Source: Candidatus Thorarchaeota archaeon
Lineage (GTDB): Archaea > Asgardarchaeota > Thorarchaeia > Thorarchaeales > Thorarchaeaceae
Reading direction: 5' to 3'
Length of the DNA stretch: 64,000 nucleotides
Assembly: GCA_046758445.1 (NCBI GenBank)
Contig: JBHIAE010000013.1
Location: 5,252 to 69,251 of the forward strand
Part shown: piece after piece, positions 27,821 to 36,056 of the stretch
Layout: each line of letters begins with the position of its first letter
Position numbering within the stretch: position 1 is the first letter of the stretch
Translations under genes and position numbers: made by a program
The notes under the pieces: model-generated
What the model saw: only the letters and a program-made list of their open reading frames with translations
The model's database searches: none
What the model was told of the DNA's origin: nothing

Positions 27821-29257
27821 GTGAGATTGCGAGAAGTCGCAAGGGTACCAATCTCCGCCAATGCCTACAGCCTGTACGTCAGGCAAGGAAAAGATGCGAG
27901 AACACAGGTATTCTCTCTAGACTATTCCGAGAAACTCAGAGTATATGACACTCAGGGCTCCCTCGGTTCATCTAGAAGCTGGAGCAGCAAGGTCAGGTGT
28001 ATTGCCGTAGCTGACATAGAGAGCGAAGGAGAAGACGCTCTTGTTGGAGGAGTAGGAAAACGAGTCCTTGTAGTCGACCAACAGGGTCGCACGCTATGGA
28101 AGATTGAGCTAGAGAGTTCAGTAATTGCGTGCGATGCGCGTGATGTTGATGGTGACGATGCCGCGGAAGTCGTGGCAGCCCTCCAAAACAAGAGAGTCAT
28201 TCTATGGAATCATGATGAAACTGCGCTCTTCAGCAGAACAGTAGAGCAACCCATTGCAGACGTTTGGCTTGAGGACATAACCAATGACTCTGAGCTTGAG
28301 GTTGTCATAGCCGACCGGAAGGGTACTGTTCTGATACTATCCGCCGCAGGTTATGAGTTGAAGCACCTTACCCTTGGATCAACCATCACTGTCTTTGGCG
28401 TACTGACCTTCGGAAAGCGAAGGCTCTTTGTCACTGGAAATCACTCTCCTGAGCTCAGAATCTGGGACATAGATGGGAATGAAGTTACAAGGGTTTCTTT
28501 GACGGCACCGCCAAAGGCGCTGGCGACAGGAATGCCTGATGATGTGTCGAACGTTGCATATCTCGTAGTTAGCTCTCGAGACAGGAAGCTTACCTTTTGG
28601 GAGGTTCAAGGCACGCTCAAAGTGAAGAAGTCAGAGAAGGTCATCCTGCAGGAAATCGAGTCAACAAAGACTGAACTCTATCGAAGGGCAATCAAGTGCG
28701 GAAACTGCGGAGCACCAACTTCACCTGAAGCTATTGAATGTGCCGCATGTGGGGCCAAGCTAGAGATGCTTGATGAGTACGCGATTGAAGAGTACTTGAA
28801 AGAGAGCATAGAATCGATCACGTCCAAGCACACTCGAATCAAACTGAAAGAGTTAGACCGGATTCTTAGAAAGACCCTGCCTAGACCGGCTGCGTACAAT
28901 CTTCGAAGGAGTATACAGACTATGATAAAGAAGGGAACCGTAGAGGGTCTTTTCGACGGGAACCTTTTCATACGTACTTTCGAGGAGAAGCCGAAGAGAG
29001 TCGAGAAACCAAAGAGAGTCACAACAAGGGCGGCTGCGAATCTGATACAAGAACTGCTTGCCAAGGAAGACAACTTCGACGTCCAGCGAATCGAGAAGGA
29101 AACAGGTGTGCCGCGCAGCATACTTAGGCAGACTCTGATGATACTTCTTGCCGAAGACTCCGTTGAAGGGACTCTTTATGGCGATATCTTCACTGTGGAC
29201 GAGAAGCAGGACATCAAGAAGTTCGCGGCAAAGCTACAGAAGGAACTAGAGGCGTAG
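27821..29257 (+). CDS. FG-GAP-like beta-propeller protein with internal zinc-ribbon and C-terminal wHTH-like domain
   Basis: Repeated D-x-D-G-D / D-x-N-D-S Ca-binding-like loops (DVDGDDAAEV, DITNDSELEV); CGNCGAPTSPEAIECAACG zinc ribbon; no signal peptide. Confidence 0.45.
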   Translation: MRLREVARVPISANAYSLYVRQGKDARTQVFSLDYSEKLRVYDTQGSLGSSRSWSSKVRCIAVADIESEGEDALVGGVGKRVLVVDQQGRTLWKIELESSVIACDARDVDGDDAAEVVAALQNKRVILWNHDETALFSRTVEQPIADVWLEDITNDSELEVVIADRKGTVLILSAAGYELKHLTLGSTITVFGVLTFGKRRLFVTGNHSPELRIWDIDGNEVTRVSLTAPPKALATGMPDDVSNVAYLVVSSRDRKLTFWEVQGTLKVKKSEKVILQEIESTKTELYRRAIKCGNCGAPTSPEAIECAACGAKLEMLDEYAIEEYLKESIESITSKHTRIKLKELDRILRKTLPRPAAYNLRRSIQTMIKKGTVEGLFDGNLFIRTFEEKPKRVEKPKRVTTRAAANLIQELLAKEDNFDVQRIEKETGVPRSILRQTLMILLAEDSVEGTLYGDIFTVDEKQDIKKFAAKLQKELEA

Positions 29258-29324
29258 ATGGAACAATGTTTGAGATTCTGGGATTGAGGATCAGAAAAAG
29301 ACAGAACGAGAGGAGAAGACAGTA

Positions 29325-32174
29325 GTGGAAATCAGCAAGAGGATTGTCATAACATTCGTGATCGTGGCCCTGATACCGATTCTGGTTATCGCAGCACTCT
29401 CTGCAACAACCGTGTTCAATGTTTCAAATGAGAATGCTGGGGACGCTTCTGACGCCTTGAAGGCAGAAGAACTCGCCAATTTGCTTAGAGTTTCCCAAGA
29501 TACTGCAGCCTTCATTGATGAAAGGATGCAGCAGTATTTCGATGGCGTCTATATGATGGAGAAGTATGCCGAGGACCTGTTCAATGGCAGAATCAACGCC
29601 ACATCACAGTACTCATACTTCTGGGACCCCGATTTGGAATGGATTCATAGTGGTAGGACGATCCCCGGAAGGAATGCCGCTGTCTATGATGAAGACTACG
29701 AGTCCTATGACATCTCCTTCGACGTGAGCTGTTGGTATATGCCTACAGATGACTATAGGACGCCCAGCGACCCATGGGACTGGAGTCAAACGACACGTTA
29801 CTTCATCGAGAACTCCAGCAATCTGGACAATGTCTTCCGGGCGCTGCATCAAGCGAGTGAGGACTACATCTGGCTCTACATGGGATTCTCTCCAGGCATA
29901 TGCGACACTCGACTCTTCAAGAACTACCCCTATGACAATCTGGCATACTTTGAAGATTGGTACGGCCTAGGACAAGACTACGACCCGCCCAGGGAAGAGT
30001 GGTACAAGAATGCCGCGTCCATCAATGGAAGCGAAATCGCATTCACCAGCCCTTATGGGGATCCGTCCACAGGACTAGTCATCTCAATGGGGCGCCCAGT
30101 GAGATTCGACAATGGTACTCTAATCGGAGTCATCTCGGCTGATGTCACGCTTGACAGAATCATGTCCAGCGTACTCGACATCCAAGTACTAGGCAGTGGC
30201 TATGCGTATCTCCTTGAGTCTGACGGCGACCTGATTGCACATCCTAACTTGGTGTCAGAGGACCAGAGCTTGATTGATGTGGAGTTTGCTGGAGCGTCAC
30301 CCCAAGAGATTGCCGCTTTCACATCGCTTCTTCCGTCAATCTTGGCTTCCCAGGGCGATCAGTCAGAGTTTCAAAAGATGGGCATTCCCTGGTACATCAC
30401 CCATTCCAGAGTAAATAACACGGGATTCGTGCTGGCAATCGTAGTTCCGTCGGCAGAGGTCATCGCACCAGCCACTCAGATTCTTGATCTTGTTCTTGCT
30501 CAGACACTCATACTCACTGTTGTATTAGGCGGTCTTTTGGCCCTCGTGGCCGTGGGGGTAACGGTGCTCTCCTACAGGAGAGGGAACGCTGTTGTGGAGC
30601 CGATAAAAGAGATGACACGCCTTGTCGAGAAGATGGCTCGTCAAGACTTCACAAGAGGTGTCACTACGACGGGAGCCATGTTTGAAGAGGTCGGAACTAC
30701 AGTTGATGCACTGCTCAGCTTCCAGGAGGCATGTAGATTCGGAAACCAGGCGTTCATCCGTGGCGATCTTAGGCGTGCACTCGCTAACTATCAGAATCTA
30801 CTCGAGATCAGTAGGCGACTCGGAATCGAGGTTGGGGAGCAGACGATGTATCTGAACATCGGCAACGTGTTCCGCCAACGGGGTGACACAGGAAACGCAA
30901 TGGACTACTATCAACATGCCCTGAGAATGGCGAGAGCCATGCTCGAGGAGGCGAAGGAGGAAGGAGCCGATGAAACCGACGCGATGTTACGTGTTGCCTC
31001 AGCCTATCACAACATGGCGTTAGTGGAGATGGATCGCGGAAACTCAAAGACAGCAATGGACCTCTTGGAAGACGCACAGGCCATCGATCTCACCCTCAAA
31101 AATGATCGAGGCCTCGCCAAGAGAAATGATGCGATGGGCTTGGTCCTCATGAGAGAAGGCCGATACAGCGAGGCCCTCTCAAGGTTCAAGGAAACGATGA
31201 AGATTGCAGAGAGCGAGAGATACGAGAGAAGCATGGCCTATATCCAGTTCCACATGGGTGAGCTGCATCAAGTCCAGAACCAGCTCAAGAGAGCGGAACG
31301 TGCCTATAAAGAGGCAATCAGACTTGGGAACCTGACCGAAGAGTACTGGCTTGTTGTCTACACAATGCAAAACTTGGCTGATGTCTTGGACCAGCTAGAC
31401 AAACCAAGCCACGAATTGCGGAGAGATGCTGAGAAACTTCGTAGGTCGATCATGTTCAAGAAGAGTGTAATCTTTGTGATTGACTACTCTGGGAGCATGC
31501 AGGCACAGAACCGCATCCGAGCGGCCACTCAGGGTGCAAAGGAGATTCTGGATAGCCAGGTGAACCCACAGGATGAGGTCAGCATCATAGTGTTCAACTC
31601 ATCCTATCGAGAGATTCTTCCTCTGACTCGCAAAGGGGAGTATGACCGACCCAGAGATAGTCCGATTGTACGTGCATTGGACTCTCTTAGGCATCCCAAT
31701 TATGCCACGGCTTTCTACGACGCACTTGGAAGAGCGCTAGTCGAGTTGGACCGAATTGAGTCCAGCGAGCACAGATGGGTGATTGCCTTGACTGACGGTC
31801 AGGACAACAGTTCTGAGCAGTTCTCTCTTGATGCGATTGAAGGCATATTCACCGAGAAGGACCGACGTCGCAAGAAGCGGGCGTTGACAATCGAGGGCTT
31901 CATCCGGGACAATCACTTGGATGTGAATCTGATAATCATCGGTGTGGGCGAGGAGCTTAGGCGGCCTATCGAGGATAAAGTGAGGTCTGCGAAGACAGGC
32001 CGGAGAATGACATTCGAGGAACTCCTCGAGTCGGTTTGTGAGAATATTCCTCAAGGACAATACCTCTCGGTTCTAGACAGCATCGATGTGAGAAGCGACA
32101 TTGAGAAGGCCTTCCAGCAGGTCGGAGTGTTAATGGCACAGCTGGAAGTCGGAGGCAGCACAATAGACTACTAG
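29325..32174 (+). CDS. Membrane sensor protein: TM - Cache (dCache-like) - TM - TPR repeats - von Willebrand factor A domain (MIDAS)
   Basis: N-terminal TM, periplasmic ~350 aa with aromatic-rich Cache-like region, second TM (LILTVVLGGLLALVAVGVTVL), TPR-like repeats, vWA start VIFVIDYSGSM (DxSxS MIDAS). Confidence 0.6.
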   Translation: MEISKRIVITFVIVALIPILVIAALSATTVFNVSNENAGDASDALKAEELANLLRVSQDTAAFIDERMQQYFDGVYMMEKYAEDLFNGRINATSQYSYFWDPDLEWIHSGRTIPGRNAAVYDEDYESYDISFDVSCWYMPTDDYRTPSDPWDWSQTTRYFIENSSNLDNVFRALHQASEDYIWLYMGFSPGICDTRLFKNYPYDNLAYFEDWYGLGQDYDPPREEWYKNAASINGSEIAFTSPYGDPSTGLVISMGRPVRFDNGTLIGVISADVTLDRIMSSVLDIQVLGSGYAYLLESDGDLIAHPNLVSEDQSLIDVEFAGASPQEIAAFTSLLPSILASQGDQSEFQKMGIPWYITHSRVNNTGFVLAIVVPSAEVIAPATQILDLVLAQTLILTVVLGGLLALVAVGVTVLSYRRGNAVVEPIKEMTRLVEKMARQDFTRGVTTTGAMFEEVGTTVDALLSFQEACRFGNQAFIRGDLRRALANYQNLLEISRRLGIEVGEQTMYLNIGNVFRQRGDTGNAMDYYQHALRMARAMLEEAKEEGADETDAMLRVASAYHNMALVEMDRGNSKTAMDLLEDAQAIDLTLKNDRGLAKRNDAMGLVLMREGRYSEALSRFKETMKIAESERYERSMAYIQFHMGELHQVQNQLKRAERAYKEAIRLGNLTEEYWLVVYTMQNLADVLDQLDKPSHELRRDAEKLRRSIMFKKSVIFVIDYSGSMQAQNRIRAATQGAKEILDSQVNPQDEVSIIVFNSSYREILPLTRKGEYDRPRDSPIVRALDSLRHPNYATAFYDALGRALVELDRIESSEHRWVIALTDGQDNSSEQFSLDAIEGIFTEKDRRRKKRALTIEGFIRDNHLDVNLIIIGVGEELRRPIEDKVRSAKTGRRMTFEELLESVCENIPQGQYLSVLDSIDVRSDIEKAFQQVGVLMAQLEVGGSTIDY

Positions 32175-32181
32175 GAGGTGG

Positions 32182-33642
32182 ATGATGATGGCACAGAGAA
32201 CAGAAACCATGAAGAAGGGCAGCTTTCGACGAAATGTGATCCTGACATTTGTGACGATATCCATCCTGTCCTTGGGCGCGACTGGGGCAATCTCCTACTT
32301 CTTTGTAGACTTGATTGGCGACTTTACGACCACTGAGAGCAGCACGGCTCTGGACTCTCAGACACAGATAAACATGCTATCGACCGCTGAGAAGACCGCG
32401 GCAGTGATCAACCAGAAGTTGACGAATGCGGAGGCAATGGTACTGGCCATGGCTGAGGAATGCGAGAGAATCTTTAGAGCTGACTCTACATTCCAGCCCA
32501 GAGAGGTCTATTACGACTTCTTCTTCCAGAACGTTGGCCCACCCGGCTCAAGGCCAAATGACACTCAGTTCAGCGCCGAATATGGCATCAACGTTTCTTG
32601 GAGCTACAGCAGCTGGTATGTTCCGGAATCAGACTCTTCAAACTACGGGAACTACTTGGCAAGCAACACAGATAGACTGGGTCGAGTGTCGAACCTCGAC
32701 TATATCTTCCAGGCCATCCATCAGCAGATTGACTTCAGATGGCTCTATCTGACTTTTGCAGACGACAGCCTCTTCATTAACTACCCAGGTAGCATCCTAG
32801 GCGGATCAGACATAGACCGACAGACAGACCCATGGTATCCCGTTCTTGATGAATGGTATACTGAGATTGAAGGAGGAGGGGGTGACATCGTCTTTGTAGA
32901 GCCTTACTACGACCCCATTGATAGAGTTCTTCTCATATCCATCGGAAAGACGGTATACTATGAGAACGGCACCCTTCTGGGTGTGATAGCCGGAGACATC
33001 ACCATTGAAGACGTCAATAGAAGAATCCTGGACATCACGATTCTCGAAACAGGTTATGCAGCTCTTGTCGAACAGGTCAACCATGGAGTCATAGCTCATC
33101 CCGACCTCGTGCCAGACGACTATATAGTTGGACTGCCAGACCTAGCCAATGTGGAGTCCAACACTGACGGGAGCCCAACCGACCTGAATGTGGCTCAGGT
33201 AGTTTCGGGTGCTACGGGTTCACTTCAGTACACTAAAGACGGCGAGGAATACCTCTTGGCGTATACTCCCATCGGGAAGGCAAATTGGATCTGCGTCATA
33301 ATAGTCCCCTTGGACGAAGTGCTTGAAGCGATTCCAGTACTTGAAGCACGAATAGCCGGAGCCAATTCACAGGCCACTTTGTTCATCTTGACAATAACAG
33401 CCATTGGGATCCTGGTTGCTGCAGGTGTAGCAGTGGCAGTTTCGAATCAGATCACAGGGCCACTTCAATACATGATGGACTTGGCAACCAAGAATGTGAC
33501 GGCAATGATACGGCAGGACCCACTTGATACCCTTGACTTGCAGGTAGATGTGACGTATACCTCTAAGGATGACGAGATAGGCGAGCTTGCCAGAGCCTTC
33601 CAAGGTATGCTGGACTCTATCCGAGAAGAGGACTCTAGCTAG
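32182..33642 (+). CDS. Membrane Cache-domain sensor with C-terminal HAMP-like helix, no output domain
   Basis: Paralogous periplasmic domain to upstream gene (shared W..Y..D..Y, VGAxITxDVTLDRI-like motifs), two TM, ~60-aa cytoplasmic tail. Confidence 0.55.
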   Translation: MMMAQRTETMKKGSFRRNVILTFVTISILSLGATGAISYFFVDLIGDFTTTESSTALDSQTQINMLSTAEKTAAVINQKLTNAEAMVLAMAEECERIFRADSTFQPREVYYDFFFQNVGPPGSRPNDTQFSAEYGINVSWSYSSWYVPESDSSNYGNYLASNTDRLGRVSNLDYIFQAIHQQIDFRWLYLTFADDSLFINYPGSILGGSDIDRQTDPWYPVLDEWYTEIEGGGGDIVFVEPYYDPIDRVLLISIGKTVYYENGTLLGVIAGDITIEDVNRRILDITILETGYAALVEQVNHGVIAHPDLVPDDYIVGLPDLANVESNTDGSPTDLNVAQVVSGATGSLQYTKDGEEYLLAYTPIGKANWICVIIVPLDEVLEAIPVLEARIAGANSQATLFILTITAIGILVAAGVAVAVSNQITGPLQYMMDLATKNVTAMIRQDPLDTLDLQVDVTYTSKDDEIGELARAFQGMLDSIREEDSS

Positions 33643-33654
33643 AAGAGAAGCAGG

Positions 33655-35493
33655 GTGCAGAGAGTGAGCGGTGAAGATTGGTCAATTGACAAGTCAAGAC
33701 TAGTATATGGTCTAAACCGCAATGACCTCCACTTTCTGGATATTGATGAGAACGGCCTCCTGAGTATTCGAATCGGAGAGAAGGTCATATCGGTTGAGGA
33801 AGTCATCAAGCGGATTGAAACACAGAACGGAGAGAAAGTAGGTTACACCTCCTCTTTCACTCTCAGGTTGCCTCAGCTCATCTCCTACCAAGTGAGGAAG
33901 CTGAGGTCAACCTTCATGAGAGTCATCAATGAGATGGACTACTCCGGCCGTTTTCTGGGGCTTTATCCAGTGAAGGTCAACCAACGTCAAGACTATGTTG
34001 TTCAGGTCCTTCGCACTGATTCTGACTACGGGCTTGAAGCTGGAACTAAGGCTGAGCTGTTCTTAATCAAGTCTGTTATTGCGAAAGAGAAACACAGATT
34101 GATAGTATGCAATGGAGCAAAAGATCCTGAGTATCTAGAGAACATCAACGATTGTATCGAGGAAGGTTACAACATAGCGGTTTCAGTAGAATCGTTTCAC
34201 GAGGCAAGGCTGATAGCTGATGTGATCAACTCGGAAAAAGCGAACTTGATACTTCGGATCAAACCATACCTGACGGTAAGAGGACACTGGTCACATTCGG
34301 CTGGAAGAGATTCCAAGTTTGGGCTAAGCATTCATGACCTGCTCGATGTCGTGGGCTTCCTGAAGGAGAGAGGACTCCACGACCGAGTCTCCGCGATTCT
34401 CGGACACGTTGGCTCTCAGATTACTGCGATTGAGGACTTTCGCCTATTTGCTGTGTTTATGATCAGAGTCTACCAAGAGCTGAGGGAGATTGGACTATCA
34501 GGACTCGACACGATTGACTTTGGTGGAGGTCTCCCAATTGACTACACAAGTTCTCATCCCCCCGACCTCATGGAGCTATATGCCCGCTCGCTGATGACTG
34601 GAGTCCAAGAGGAACTCAAGAATTGGCCCGATAGCCTTGTACCAAACATAATGATTGAGTCAGGTCGAGGTCTCACGGCTTTGGGTTCTCTGGTTGTAGT
34701 GAAGGCACTCGAGGTAAGATCAGTGTTTCCTGCTGGTCAAGAACAAGAAGTTGAGAAGACACTTGGCGACACCATCGCGGAGATTTCCGAGGCCTCCTCA
34801 GGTAGTGAGCTGCTAGAGATATGGAAGGAGTTCGATTACACGAGATCAGTCTTGGCTGAATCATTGAGCATTCTGAGAGAAAGGGAGAGAACTATTGGAA
34901 TTGTCAGGGCAGAGATTCGTCGTCGGCTGGCTGAACTGGATACGACGGGTCTAGAAGCTCATGCTCTGATTGAGAACCTGTGGCATCCAGACCACATAGT
35001 GATTGGGAATTTCAGTGTCTTCAACAGTGCGTGCGACTATGTCTTGGTGGATCAACACTTCCCTATCTTCCCGATAAGGGACCTTCATGTTCGACCAGAA
35101 ACCACGGTTAGGTTAGTGGACATCACCTGCGACTCCGACGGTGAGATATCTCAGTTCCACAGAAAGGAAACTGATGAGATCTGGTTCACAAGAGACAACA
35201 GACCTCTAACAATGACAGTGGCGAGGATGGGCCAAGGCATCCCGGTAGGATACTTGGAGAAGATCCAAGGGTCATACTTCGTTATTGCTCTCACCGGAGC
35301 TTATCAGGATGTCATAGAGATGGACCATAATCTCCTGGGAGACCTACCTGATGTGGAGCTTGTTCTGACAAAGGATATGAAATGGCAAGTAAGGTGGATA
35401 ACAGGGGCTGAGAGCATGGAAGAGATCCTTGAAGAGATGGGATATGTCGGTTTCGACATCGACGAGGACCCTTACATGTCAGAGAAGGATTGA
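33655..35493 (+). CDS. speA: Biosynthetic arginine decarboxylase (PLP-dependent, SpeA type)
   Basis: 612 aa; fold-type III PLP decarboxylase layout, YPVKVNQ (PLP-lysine region) and C-terminal beta-domain characteristic of SpeA. Confidence 0.8.
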   Translation: MQRVSGEDWSIDKSRLVYGLNRNDLHFLDIDENGLLSIRIGEKVISVEEVIKRIETQNGEKVGYTSSFTLRLPQLISYQVRKLRSTFMRVINEMDYSGRFLGLYPVKVNQRQDYVVQVLRTDSDYGLEAGTKAELFLIKSVIAKEKHRLIVCNGAKDPEYLENINDCIEEGYNIAVSVESFHEARLIADVINSEKANLILRIKPYLTVRGHWSHSAGRDSKFGLSIHDLLDVVGFLKERGLHDRVSAILGHVGSQITAIEDFRLFAVFMIRVYQELREIGLSGLDTIDFGGGLPIDYTSSHPPDLMELYARSLMTGVQEELKNWPDSLVPNIMIESGRGLTALGSLVVVKALEVRSVFPAGQEQEVEKTLGDTIAEISEASSGSELLEIWKEFDYTRSVLAESLSILRERERTIGIVRAEIRRRLAELDTTGLEAHALIENLWHPDHIVIGNFSVFNSACDYVLVDQHFPIFPIRDLHVRPETTVRLVDITCDSDGEISQFHRKETDEIWFTRDNRPLTMTVARMGQGIPVGYLEKIQGSYFVIALTGAYQDVIEMDHNLLGDLPDVELVLTKDMKWQVRWITGAESMEEILEEMGYVGFDIDEDPYMSEKD

Positions 35494-35598
35494 TTGGAGA
35501 GATTTCGAGTATAAGGACGTGACTCAGGCTCAGATTACACTATAATCACTGCAATCCCAGAAACCATGTGCTCAAGCTTACAATGCCCTAGTGCAAGC

Positions 35599-35805
35599 CT
35601 AGCCTGACATCTCTTCTCCGGTCCACTCTTTGACCTGATTGTAGAGTTTGCGAATCTGGTCATAGTTCAGACGTGCCATTTTCTCCGAGATCCACTTCCT
35701 CATCATGTACGCATTCAGGTATTGTTCCCTCAGTCGCTTTGTTGCATTTGACAAAGAAGCCGCCCTCCAGCGAGTTCCTTTAGTTGGGTTGCCCGCAGCT
35801 TGCAC
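35599..35805 (-). CDS. Small hypothetical basic protein
   Basis: 68-aa ORF in 560-nt intergenic region; weak. Confidence 0.2.
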   Translation of the reverse strand: MQAAGNPTKGTRWRAASLSNATKRLREQYLNAYMMRKWISEKMARLNYDQIRKLYNQVKEWTGEEMSG

Positions 35806-36056
35806 AATTCGCTAATAACCTTTTGCGAATGATTTTACTAGATTCGGAGGATGCGGATTTGGGGCTAATGTGATGGGATGAAGCTCCTGAGGCCGAGTCA
35901 TGAATGAGGTTGTATGACAGCCTTGAGCGATTCCTGCCGCTGTTGTACCTCAAGATCAAGCTCCTGCACATAGCATCGTCGGAATACCGGTTTCCAATAC
36001 CGACATTTAACACTGAGGCTTTGGCCACAAGGATGTGCCGGAGGACCAGCGCAGTA

